Of a stretch of DNA of 64,000 nt, positions 37,203-47,017 are shown in pieces. Made by a program: the position numbers and the translations under genes. Source of the stretch: Actinomycetota bacterium (GTDB lineage Bacteria > Actinomycetota > Actinomycetes > S36-B12). Each line of letters opens with the position of its first letter. Positions within the stretch are counted from its first letter, which is position 1. Location: positions 6,765 to 70,764 of the forward strand of contig CANFQC010000005.1 in assembly GCA_947449035.1 (NCBI GenBank). Direction: 5' to 3'. The notes beneath the pieces were generated by a model. It did no database searches. It was not told where the DNA came from and saw only the letters and a list, made by a program, of their open reading frames with translations.

Positions 37203-38570
37203 ATGACCGCCGACGTAGGACGCATGCATCAGTTCAACCCTGAGATGACCGATCTCATCCTGGAATTCGTGAGAGATCGCCTCTCACTCGAGGAAACCCC
37301 GGTCGACGGGCTCGGAGTTCGCTCTGAGCTCCACGCCGCCCTTGATGGCCTGATGACCGATGAGGGCAGGCCGGCCGAAGAGGTCCTCGGCCTGTATGTC
37401 GACCAGATTGCCGACACGATCCTTTCTGCCGACAGCCCACGATTTTGGGCATTCATTCCGGCCGCCCCGACCAAGGCGGCACTGCTCTTCGACATGGTTG
37501 TATCCGCGGCTTCGCTGCAGGGCTGCTCGTGGCTTGAGGCGGCAGGCGCAGTGGCCGCCGAGAACCAGGCACTGCGCGTGATGATGGACGCCGCCGGGCT
37601 GCCGCAGTCTGCAGGCGGTGTCTTCGTTTCCGGTGGCTCCGCAGGCAACCTCTCTGCACTCGTGGTTGCGCGCGATACCGCTCGACGCAAACGGGCAGCA
37701 GCGGGCATCCCAGATGGTCGACTTCGCGTGCTCGTCAGCGATCAGGCGCATTCCTCGATCAAGAATGCGCTCAACATCGTGGCGATGGACGCAGTCGTGA
37801 TTCCGACGGCAACCGGGCGGCTTGATGCCGAGGCCCTCGCCACGGTCACTGACGAACAGCTCGACGACGTCGTCGCCATCGTGGCGACTGCCGGTACGAC
37901 GAATGCCGGAATCGTCGACGATCTGGAATCTGTCTCAGCGTTCGCCCGAAGTCGCGGAATCTGGATGCATGTCGATGCGGCCTACGGTGGAGCAGGCTTG
38001 CTGGCTTCAAGTGTGCGACATCTGTACGCAGGAATCGAGAACGCCGACTCGATCGTGATGGATCCGCACAAGTGGTGGTTCGCGCCCTTCGACTGCGCGG
38101 CGCTGATGTACCGCGAGCCACGACTCGCACGTGCTGTGCACACCCAGGATGCCTCATATCTCGATGTCATCCATGAGAGTGACGATGACTTCAACCCGAG
38201 TGATCTCGCCTATCACCTCACTCGACGCGCTCGTGGTCTCGCACTGTGGTTTTCCCTCGCCGTCAACGGCCTCGACGCCTATCGAGAAGCCGTGGAGCAT
38301 TCGATCGCGATGGCCGGATTCGCCTCGCAGGTCATCACCGAGAGCGATCATCTGGAGTTGGTCCGTGAGCCCGGTCTCTCCGTGGTGCTCTTCCGGCGCC
38401 CTGGCTGGGGTGTTGCCGAGTACAACTCTTGGGCCCAGCGATTGCTGAGTGAGCAGATCGCCTTCGTGGCGCATAGTTCCTGGCGCGGTGAACCCGTGGG
38501 TCGACTCGTGTTCCTGCATCCGAACACCACGGAAGCCATGGTCCGCGAGGTTCTCGAGACCCTCCGCTAG
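37203..38570 (+). CDS. PLP-dependent group II amino-acid decarboxylase family protein
   Basis: GGSAGNLSAL, and HVDAAYGG...DPHKWWFAPFDCA (PLP-Lys). The start was trimmed to MTADVGRMHQF. Confidence 0.8.
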   Translation: MTADVGRMHQFNPEMTDLILEFVRDRLSLEETPVDGLGVRSELHAALDGLMTDEGRPAEEVLGLYVDQIADTILSADSPRFWAFIPAAPTKAALLFDMVVSAASLQGCSWLEAAGAVAAENQALRVMMDAAGLPQSAGGVFVSGGSAGNLSALVVARDTARRKRAAAGIPDGRLRVLVSDQAHSSIKNALNIVAMDAVVIPTATGRLDAEALATVTDEQLDDVVAIVATAGTTNAGIVDDLESVSAFARSRGIWMHVDAAYGGAGLLASSVRHLYAGIENADSIVMDPHKWWFAPFDCAALMYREPRLARAVHTQDASYLDVIHESDDDFNPSDLAYHLTRRARGLALWFSLAVNGLDAYREAVEHSIAMAGFASQVITESDHLELVREPGLSVVLFRRPGWGVAEYNSWAQRLLSEQIAFVAHSSWRGEPVGRLVFLHPNTTEAMVREVLETLR

Positions 38571-38579
38571 GTTCACTCC

Positions 38580-39233
38580 ATGCTCGAGGTCATTCCGCTT
38601 GGTATCGCTGCCGCGATCACCCCTGGCCTGATCGCGCTTCAGATCATCGTGGTCTCCGGACCTAAGTGGGGAGTCCGCGCTGCCGCAGTGTTCGTCGCGA
38701 ATGCTCTGGCGTTCTCCATCGTCGCCGCCCTCCTCCTCCTCGGCCTGGCGCAGCTGCCCGATGCCGGCTCAGGTCAGGGGAGCCATTCCTATCCGGTGAT
38801 TCGCATCATCGCGGCGGTCATCTTGTTCCTGATCGCGATCTTCTTCCTGATTCCCCATCCTCAGCTGTTGGCAAAGTCGAAGGGCATGCTGCAAGGAGTC
38901 GAGGGCAGGGCTAAGCCCTGGGAGTTTGCGGCGTTGGCCTTCTACTTCAGCATCACCGACCTGTCGAGCTTCGCCGTCATGGCACCTGCGATGCACGACA
39001 TCACGGTGTCCTCGGCCGATCTGATCATTCAGGCCGTCTTTGTCGCGATCTTCTTCGCGTTCGCGCTGATGGCCACATGGACTCCGCCCGCAATCCGATT
39101 ACTTCTCGGATCACGGGCGGAGGGAGTGCTGTCGCCGATCTATTCGTTTGTGCTGAACCGGCAGTTCCAGATCCTGGCCGCCATGTGCGCGGTCTTCGGG
39201 ATCTACCTGCTGATCACAGGTCTCACCGCGTAA
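38580..39233 (+). CDS. Polytopic membrane protein (GAP/LysE-like fold), unknown function
   Basis: About six TM helices. Lies 9 nt downstream of the decarboxylase gene, so probably co-transcribed. Confidence 0.5.
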   Translation: MLEVIPLGIAAAITPGLIALQIIVVSGPKWGVRAAAVFVANALAFSIVAALLLLGLAQLPDAGSGQGSHSYPVIRIIAAVILFLIAIFFLIPHPQLLAKSKGMLQGVEGRAKPWEFAALAFYFSITDLSSFAVMAPAMHDITVSSADLIIQAVFVAIFFAFALMATWTPPAIRLLLGSRAEGVLSPIYSFVLNRQFQILAAMCAVFGIYLLITGLTA

Positions 39234-39247
39234 CGGGTCAGTGCCGA

Positions 39248-39844
39248 TTAGTCGGTGAGCTTCGCCTTCTTCAGCGCTTGCCAGGTCAGCGGAAGCAGGC
39301 CCGCTGCAGCGAGCAGCTTGACGATGTCGCCGGGGATGAAGTCCTTGACGCCGTAAGCCCATGCCGAGTCAGCACCGAACCACGGCACGCTCAGGTTGTA
39401 CTTCAGCCAGGTGAAGCCGATGGCGTAGATGACGATGTTGCCGACGATCATCAGGCCAACTGCCTTGAAGAAGTTGCGGGTAGCGCCGTGCTCGGCGAGC
39501 TTGCCGACGATGAAGGCAGCAACGATGAAGCCGATGATGTAGCCAAAGGCAGCTCCGCCGAAGCCTGAGCTGTGCCCGGCGAACCAGGGCAGGCCGATGC
39601 CTCCGAGGAGTGCGTAAAGAGCCATGGCCGCTGCGCCGCGCAGGGAGCCGAGGGCGCCGCCGGCGAGCAGCACGGCGAAGGTCTGCAGGGTCACCGGAAC
39701 GGTGGCGTTCCAGGGCAGGTAGAAGGAGATCTGGGCGGCGAGGCCGACGAATGCGGCGCCTCCGCCGATGAGGATGGCCTGGCGGACCCAGGTGTGCGGG
39801 ACGACGTCAGCCAGGACGCGCGGCTGGGGGGATGCCAGGGCCAT
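39248..39844 (-). CDS. bioY: Biotin transporter S-component BioY
   Basis: BioY-like helices (VPVTLQTFAVLLAGGALG, GGIGLPWFAG, GYIIGFIVAAFIVG). Confidence 0.8.
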   Translation of the reverse strand: MALASPQPRVLADVVPHTWVRQAILIGGGAAFVGLAAQISFYLPWNATVPVTLQTFAVLLAGGALGSLRGAAAMALYALLGGIGLPWFAGHSSGFGGAAFGYIIGFIVAAFIVGKLAEHGATRNFFKAVGLMIVGNIVIYAIGFTWLKYNLSVPWFGADSAWAYGVKDFIPGDIVKLLAAAGLLPLTWQALKKAKLTD

Positions 39845-40014
39845 GTGAAACCTCCGAGGAACGCCCGCGGAAATCGCGGTGGGCCGAGACTACCGAATTC
39901 CCTCACGGCCTGGCCCTAAAGAGCCGCCTTGGTGGTGTGACCTTCGTTGCAGGGTTATCCTCAAGACAGGCATCCGTTCGAGCGCTGGGGAAGGCGAACT
40001 CGAAAGGGGGCCAG

Positions 40015-40560
40015 ATGACGGTCTTGGTGACCGCGAAGTACAGCACGGGCGCTGCCTTAGAGCAGTCGCCCTCACGTGGTGTTGTCTTCCTGCATTCGTG
40101 CCCTCGGGCGCTCAGCCCCCATCTGGAGTGGGCCCTGGCCTCTGTATTCGGTACTGAGGTGCACATTGACTGGGCCGAGCAGCCCATTTCGCCCGGTTCG
40201 GTGCGCGCCGAAATCATCTGGACAGGTGCCCCGGGCACCGGCGCCCGACTGGCCAGCGCACTACTGGCCTTCACCCAGGTGCGCTACGAGGTCACCGAGG
40301 ATTGTGCGCCCGGCCGAGACGGGGAGCGGTTCGCTGCGACACCGAATCTTGGCCTCTTCCGAGCCACGATCGGACCCTTCGGCGATGTCATGGTGCACGA
40401 AGAGCGACTGCGCACCGCGCTTTCCCATGCTCAGGTCACCGGCGACTCCATGGTTGATGAGATCGCGCGGCTGATCGGTCAGCCATGGGATGACGAACTC
40501 GAGCCCTTCCGGTCAGCCCATGAGGGTTCGACCGTGCGACTCATGCACCAGGTGGTTTAG
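40015..40560 (+). CDS. DUF3145 domain protein (conserved actinobacterial; usually next to fatty-acid synthesis genes)
   Basis: GVVFLHSCPRALSPHLEWAL..., GAPGTGARLASAL. The start at MTVLV is preceded by AAGGGGG. The upstream part of the ORF in the track was rejected. Confidence 0.7.
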   Translation: MTVLVTAKYSTGAALEQSPSRGVVFLHSCPRALSPHLEWALASVFGTEVHIDWAEQPISPGSVRAEIIWTGAPGTGARLASALLAFTQVRYEVTEDCAPGRDGERFAATPNLGLFRATIGPFGDVMVHEERLRTALSHAQVTGDSMVDEIARLIGQPWDDELEPFRSAHEGSTVRLMHQVV

Positions 40561-40563
40561 GCG

Positions 40564-41958
40564 TTACAGAGGAATGTTGCCGTGCTGTCCGCGCACGCCC
40601 GGCGTATCCAGTAGCACCTGAGCGACTGCGCGACGGGTCTCCTTCGGATCGACGATTTCGTCGACAACGCCGATCTCGACAGCTCGTGCGATTCCGCCTG
40701 AGATGACCTCGTGCTCGGCAGCCAACTCGAGTTCGACCTGCTCGCGGTTCTCGTCGGGCACCTCCGAGAGGCGACGACGATGCAAGATGCGAATCGCGGC
40801 GACCGAGCCCATGACCGCAACCTCAGCAGTGGGGAAGGCAAAGACCTTCGTGGCGCCCAGTGATGAGGCGTTCATGGCGATGTAGGCGCCGCCGTAAGCC
40901 TTTCGCGTGACAACGGTGACGCGGGGAACAACGCACTCGGCGAATGCGTGCAGGAGCTTCGCACCGCGTCGCACGACGCCTTCCCACTCCTGGCCGACAC
41001 CAGGCAGGTAGCCCGGAACGTCGACGAGCACGACCAGCGGAACGGCGAAGGCATCACACATCCGCACGAAACGGGCCGCCTTCTCCGCCGAGTTTGAGTC
41101 AAGGCAGCCGCCGAGACGAAGCGGGTTGTTGGCGACGATGCCGACAGTGCGGCCGCCAAGACGACCGAGGCCGACCACGATGTTCGGTGCCCAACGGGCG
41201 TGCAGTTCGACGAAGCTATCGGCGTCGACAAAGTGCTCCACCAACGGGTGAACGTCGTACGCACGACGTGCGGACTCCGGCATGAAGGCGCCGAGATCAA
41301 CGTCATCGATCTTGCCCATGTCGAGTGAGCCTTGGTGGCCGAGCAACTGCACCAGACGGCGACCTTCGTCGAGGGCATCTTGTTCAGTCTCGGAGACGAT
41401 GTGCACGACACCACTGCGTCGGCCATGGGGCTCGGCGCCGCCGAGGGTTTCCATGTTGACGTCTTCGCCGGTAACCGAACGCACGACCTCGGGACCGGTC
41501 ACGAAGATGCGGCCCTGCGGGCCGAGGATCACGATGTCGGTGAGTGCCGGGCCGTAGGCAGCGCCACCGGCGGCAGGACCGAGGACGATGGAGATCTGCG
41601 GAACCTTGCCGGAAATGCGCGTCATGGCCGCGAACACGCGTCCGACCGCATCGAGACTGAGTACGCCCTCGCGGAGGCGGGCTCCGCCGGAGTGCCAGAT
41701 ACCCACGATCGGCGCCGAGTCGGCGAAGGCTCGGTCATAAGCGGTGACGATGGCACGGCTGCCGTCATTTCCCATGGCACCGCCTTGCACAGTGACGTCG
41801 GTGGCGAATGCCACGACCTGGGTGCCATGGGCGCGTCCGACGGCGGCAAGTACGCCGCGGTCATCTTCGGGGGTGATGGTCTCGAAGATGCCGTCGTCGA
41901 AGAAGTTAGCCAAACGTGCGCGAGGGGAGCGGGGGTCGAGCTCGGTGGTCTCCGACAT
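40564..41958 (-). CDS. accD6: Acyl-CoA carboxylase carboxyltransferase (beta) subunit, AccD6-like
   Basis: Two crotonase-like CT halves (GGAMG..., GGARLREG, VGIVANNP, AYGGAYIAM). The ATG lies 1 nt after the kas stop (TGAcATG). Same operon position as M. tuberculosis accD6. Confidence 0.85.
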   Translation of the reverse strand: MSETTELDPRSPRARLANFFDDGIFETITPEDDRGVLAAVGRAHGTQVVAFATDVTVQGGAMGNDGSRAIVTAYDRAFADSAPIVGIWHSGGARLREGVLSLDAVGRVFAAMTRISGKVPQISIVLGPAAGGAAYGPALTDIVILGPQGRIFVTGPEVVRSVTGEDVNMETLGGAEPHGRRSGVVHIVSETEQDALDEGRRLVQLLGHQGSLDMGKIDDVDLGAFMPESARRAYDVHPLVEHFVDADSFVELHARWAPNIVVGLGRLGGRTVGIVANNPLRLGGCLDSNSAEKAARFVRMCDAFAVPLVVLVDVPGYLPGVGQEWEGVVRRGAKLLHAFAECVVPRVTVVTRKAYGGAYIAMNASSLGATKVFAFPTAEVAVMGSVAAIRILHRRRLSEVPDENREQVELELAAEHEVISGGIARAVEIGVVDEIVDPKETRRAVAQVLLDTPGVRGQHGNIPL

Positions 41959-41959
41959 G

Positions 41960-43192
<1,233 letters not shown>

Positions 43193-43283
43193 GTGTGTCT
43201 CCTGTGCAGTGCGTTTCTGCGGTTTAAGAAGTGCGGGTGTTCGGGTGTAGCCGTGCTGGTATTGCGGTGCTGCCTAGGACGTC

Positions 43284-43307
43284 GGTGGGGCAGTTGCCTG
43301 CCCCACC
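43284..43307 (-). other. GC-rich stem-loop between acp and kas (9-bp stem). Possible attenuator or mRNA-processing/stability element.
   Basis: ggtggggca-gttgcc-tgccccacc, 10 nt downstream of the acp stop on the transcribed strand. No U-tract. Confidence 0.45.
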
Positions 43308-43317
43308 GCGAAAAGTC

Positions 43318-43554
43318 CTAGAGGTTTGCCGAGATGTAGGTGACGGCGTCGCCGACAGTCTTGAGGTTCTTGACCTCGCTGTCGGGGATCTTCACGCCCC
43401 ACTTGTCTTCGGCGGCCATGACAACCTCGACCATCGACAGGGAGTCGATATCCAGATCGTCGACAAATGACTTGTCGGCCTGAACGTCAGCAACCGGAAC
43501 ACCGGCGACCTCGTTCACGATAACTGCCAGGCCGCTCAGGATGTCCTCGCTCAT
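43318..43554 (-). CDS. acpP: Acyl carrier protein (meromycolate-type extended ACP / AcpP)
   Basis: Phosphopantetheine site DLDIDSLSMVE. Start taken at MSEDILSGL. Confidence 0.9.
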   Translation of the reverse strand: MSEDILSGLAVIVNEVAGVPVADVQADKSFVDDLDIDSLSMVEVVMAAEDKWGVKIPDSEVKNLKTVGDAVTYISANL

Positions 43555-43602
43555 GTTCTTCCTTCCATTCATTAGTGGGTAACTGCGGGTTATGCGGTGG
43601 TG

Positions 43603-44607
43603 CTACGGCAAGGTGACGACCTGGGAGGCGAACACGAGGCCCGCTCCGAAGCCGATCAGTAATGCCGTGCCGCCGTGCTCGACCTCGTGGTCATCGAGCA
43701 TGCGCTCCATGGCCAGCGGGATCGAGGCGGCGGACGTATTTCCGGTGTACGCAATGTCGCGTGCGACAGGTACGTGCGCCGGAAGCTTCAATGCGCGAAT
43801 CATCGCATCGGTGATACGCATATTCGCCTGATGCGGAATGAACGCATCGAGATCGTCGGCAGAGACCTGCGCGACATCAAGTGCGCGCTGGGCGGTCTTC
43901 GCCATGTCGCCCACGGCCCATCGGAAGACCTGCTGGCCTTGCATGGTGAGAGCGGGGAAGATCGGCCCGGGCTCATCGCGGTATTCCACGAGCGACTGGG
44001 TCATGTTGATCGCGTCGCGCTGTTCGCCATCGGAGCCCCAGACCACGGGGCCTATTGCCGGAACGTCAGACGGACCAATGACGACCGCACCCGCTCCGTC
44101 AGCGAAGATGAATGCGGTGCTGCGATCGCTGTGGTCTGTCCAGTCGGAGAGCTTTTCGACGCCAATGACGATCACGTACTTGGCGGCGCCACTGCGCACG
44201 ACGGAATCAGCGAGAGCGATGCCGTAGCAAAAGCCCGCACAGGCGGAGGAGATGTCGGTGGCGGCTGCACCGATTGCACCGACACGAAAGGCCACCTCTG
44301 CTGCGGCCGAGGGAGTCGGATAGGGGTGAGTCACCGACGCGACGAGCACGAGGCCAACATCAGCGGCGTCGATACCTGACTTGTCGAGAGCCTTGGTCGC
44401 TGCCGCGGTGGCCATATCGACCACGCTTTCATCGTCGGCGGCATAACGACGCTCGATGATGCCGGAGCGCTCACGGATCCATTCATCAGAGGAGTCGATG
44501 CGCTTGCACACTTCGTCGTTGGTGACGATTCGGCTGGGGCGATAGCCGCCCACCGACATGATGCGCGCATACGCGGCACCTGTTGCCGGCGTGATGGTGG
44601 CGGTCAC
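43603..44607 (-). CDS. fabH: Beta-ketoacyl-ACP synthase III
   Basis: Active-site Cys in ISSACAGFCYG. His/Asn regions (IPHQAN, GNTSAASIP). Confidence 0.9.
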   Translation of the reverse strand: MTATITPATGAAYARIMSVGGYRPSRIVTNDEVCKRIDSSDEWIRERSGIIERRYAADDESVVDMATAAATKALDKSGIDAADVGLVLVASVTHPYPTPSAAAEVAFRVGAIGAAATDISSACAGFCYGIALADSVVRSGAAKYVIVIGVEKLSDWTDHSDRSTAFIFADGAGAVVIGPSDVPAIGPVVWGSDGEQRDAINMTQSLVEYRDEPGPIFPALTMQGQQVFRWAVGDMAKTAQRALDVAQVSADDLDAFIPHQANMRITDAMIRALKLPAHVPVARDIAYTGNTSAASIPLAMERMLDDHEVEHGGTALLIGFGAGLVFASQVVTLP

Positions 44608-45803
44608 GCCATGGCCTCCTGAGCCTCAGGATGCAGGCGCACGATCGGCTGGCCGGGGGAAACTAGATCGCCGTCGTGCACGAGCCACTCGACGACTGTG
44701 CCGCCATGCGGTGCCAGGACTCCGTGGCTCTCGCGCAAGGTGTCGACGGAGCCGACGGACTCGCCCGCGACAAGTGCATCACCTGGTTGGGCCTGCGACA
44801 GAAGTCGGAAGGTGCCCTTGGCGGGAGCGATGAGCAGGCGCCAGGTCGGGCTGGAGTCCAGGCTCGACTTCCGGCCATGAGTCTCAATCATTGCCCAGGC
44901 GGCATCGAGATCATCGGGACTCTTGAGTGCGAGGGTTTCGACACCGGGGAGTGCGCGCTTGATCAGGCCGGTAAGGGCGCCTGCCGGCGGAATCTCGATT
45001 ACGGCTGTCACGCCGAGATCAGCCATGGTCTGCATGCACAGATCCCAGCGCACGGGATTACTGACCTGGTTGACGAGACGCTTGAGAACCTGACGGCCGT
45101 CGTGGACGATCTGGCCGTCGGCATTGCTGATGAGCTTTACGCGCGGGTCATGGGTGGAAATCGAACGCGCGTAGCCGCCGAGAGTGGCCACTGCAGGAGC
45201 CATGTGGTGAGTGTGGAAAGCGCCGGCAACCTCGAGCGGGCGTACGCGCGAGCCCTCGGGTGCGTCAGCGGCGAATGCTGCGAGTTGCTCCATGGTGCCT
45301 GCCACGACGATCTGGCCTGCGCCATTCATGTTGGCCGGGGTCAGTCCGTGCTTCTCAGCGTGTGCAACGACAACATCGGCGTCTCCGCCCAAAACGGCGC
45401 TCATGCCAGTGGCGGTGACAGCTGCAGCAGCGGCCATACCCTTGCCGCGCTCGCGCACGAAGACCATGGCCTGCTCAGCAGAGAGCACGCCGGCACCGAC
45501 TGACGCGGTGATCTCGCCGACTGAGTGACCGGCGCCTGCACCGATCTGAGAGAAGGCAGCGGAAGGATGGGGAAAGAGGCTGAGCATGGTGACCAGGCCG
45601 GCGCCGACAATCAGCGGCTGCGCAATAGCGGTGTCACGGATCGTGTCGGCATCGGAGGTCGTGCCGTGGGCGACGAGATCGATTCCGGCGACAGCACTGA
45701 GCCATTCAAGGCGATCCTTCACCCCCGGGACATCGAGCCATGGGGCGAGGAAACCTGGGGTTTGGGAGCCCTGTCCGGGCGCTACGACTACGAGCACCTT
45801 CAT
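44604..45803 (-). CDS. fabD: ACP S-malonyltransferase fused to a C-terminal biotinyl-carrier-like (hybrid-barrel) domain lacking the biotinyl Lys
   Basis: FabD core (APGQGSQ, GHSVGE nucleophile Ser, ~300 aa), then ~90 aa APAKGTFRLLS...GESVGSVDTLRESHGVLAPHGGTVVEWLVHDGDLVSPGQPIVRL. The start at MKVLVVVAPGQGSQ is an ATG at 45801-45803. Confidence 0.88.
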   Translation of the reverse strand: MKVLVVVAPGQGSQTPGFLAPWLDVPGVKDRLEWLSAVAGIDLVAHGTTSDADTIRDTAIAQPLIVGAGLVTMLSLFPHPSAAFSQIGAGAGHSVGEITASVGAGVLSAEQAMVFVRERGKGMAAAAAVTATGMSAVLGGDADVVVAHAEKHGLTPANMNGAGQIVVAGTMEQLAAFAADAPEGSRVRPLEVAGAFHTHHMAPAVATLGGYARSISTHDPRVKLISNADGQIVHDGRQVLKRLVNQVSNPVRWDLCMQTMADLGVTAVIEIPPAGALTGLIKRALPGVETLALKSPDDLDAAWAMIETHGRKSSLDSSPTWRLLIAPAKGTFRLLSQAQPGDALVAGESVGSVDTLRESHGVLAPHGGTVVEWLVHDGDLVSPGQPIVRLHPEAQEAMA

Positions 45804-45864
45804 AGCCTTCCGTGAACACAGTGGGGATTGCGCTGCCGAACGAGCCAATGTCGAGCGCTTACAT

Positions 45865-45881
45865 TTGTAGGAATCCTACAA
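45865..45881. promoter_or_regulatory. Perfect 8-1-8 palindrome TTGTAGGA-A-TCCTACAA. Candidate MabR/FasR operator of the fab operon.
   Basis: Overlaps the stop codon of the PucR-family regulator gene and lies 62-78 nt upstream of the fabD ATG. Confidence 0.55.
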
Positions 45882-47015
45882 GGTGGCCAGTCGCCCCAGG
45901 GTCAGGGCCAGGCGGAGGGCATAGGCCCCGCGGGCCTCCGTGGGGGAATGCCCCGTGATCTCGGTAATCCGGCGAAGGCGATACCTGACGGTGTTGGGGT
46001 GGACGACCAGGGTTCGAGCTGTCGCCTCCAGTGAAGGTGACTGTTCTAGGTAGGCCGCAGCGGTGGTCACGAGGGCCTGGTCGGCGACCAACGGCACGTA
46101 CACCGTGGCAATGAGGTGGTCGACGGCGCTCGCATCGCCGAGCAGGGCTCGCTCGGGCAAAAGCTCATCGGCCGACACGATGCGGGGGGCCGCAGGCCAG
46201 CCCGGTACTGCGCGAAGCCCACTGATGGTCTCGCGCGCTTGCTCGGGAAGGGAGAGGAAGCCGGTGATCACATGGCTGTGCACCACTGGCCCTGGACCGA
46301 AATGCGGTGACAGGAGTCGCGCGGTGCGATCGGCATCAGCGACTCCGCCGGCAATGGCGAGCAACGTGGTGCCGTGAATTCCGGTGAGCAGTTCGACATC
46401 GTGATGAAGTGCTGCTCGTCGAAGGACGTCGAGTGATGCCTCCGGGTGACCGACGGGCGCAGCGCCCGCGAGCACCATCAATGACGTGCGATTTGTCCAG
46501 CCGAGGGCATTGACGCGACCGATCACTGACTCGTCGAGTTCATCACGTAAGAGTGCATCAACGACCAGTGACTCCAGTCGCGCATCCCAGGCACCTCGTG
46601 CCTCGGCCGCGCGGGCGTAAACCTCTGCGGCCGAGAACGCGATCTCACGCGAGTAGCGAAGGATCGATTCGCGCAGGCGCGGACGATCGCGTTCCTCAGC
46701 GAGATCATCGATGCTGGCCTCGACAACATCGATGGTGGTGCGCACGAGGTCAACGGTCTGCTCGAGTGAGATCACCCGGGCGAGCTCGCGCGGTGCGGCG
46801 CCGAAGACATCAGAGGTGAGGGCACGGTTAGAACCCTGGGCGCTGTGCCACTCGATGAAGGCGTTGATGCCTGCCTGCGCGACCGAGGACACCCATGTGC
46901 GTTCCTGTGCGCCGAGCTCGCGATACCAGGGGAGGGATTCCTCCATCCGAAGAGTGGCCGCAGTCGCCAATGCTCCCGCGGCGAGCGAGAGTCGACGATC
47001 GCCGGATTCGGTCAC
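45876..47015 (-). CDS. PucR-family transcriptional regulator, MabR (Rv2242) / FasR-like regulator of fatty-acid synthase II genes
   Basis: C-terminal PucR HTH (LVVHPNTVRYRLRRITEITG). Positioned directly upstream of fabD, as in mycobacteria and Streptomyces. GTG start at 47015 chosen (alternative ATG at 46946). Confidence 0.7.
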   Translation of the reverse strand: MTESGDRRLSLAAGALATAATLRMEESLPWYRELGAQERTWVSSVAQAGINAFIEWHSAQGSNRALTSDVFGAAPRELARVISLEQTVDLVRTTIDVVEASIDDLAEERDRPRLRESILRYSREIAFSAAEVYARAAEARGAWDARLESLVVDALLRDELDESVIGRVNALGWTNRTSLMVLAGAAPVGHPEASLDVLRRAALHHDVELLTGIHGTTLLAIAGGVADADRTARLLSPHFGPGPVVHSHVITGFLSLPEQARETISGLRAVPGWPAAPRIVSADELLPERALLGDASAVDHLIATVYVPLVADQALVTTAAAYLEQSPSLEATARTLVVHPNTVRYRLRRITEITGHSPTEARGAYALRLALTLGRLATL

Positions 47016-47017
47016 GG

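Noticed and set aside
39845-40014. Biotin-responsive operator (BioQ TGAAC-N3-GTTCA or a BirA box) upstream of bioY
   Set aside because: No such palindrome is present in the 170-nt divergent region.
44676-45503. 275-aa plus-strand ORF, together with 46895-47776 (293 aa) and 21314-22147 (277 aa, minus strand)
   Set aside because: They are antisense to fabD, the erythrin/VIT1 gene, and potD/the amidohydrolase gene respectively. None has a recognisable domain. All are shadow ORFs.
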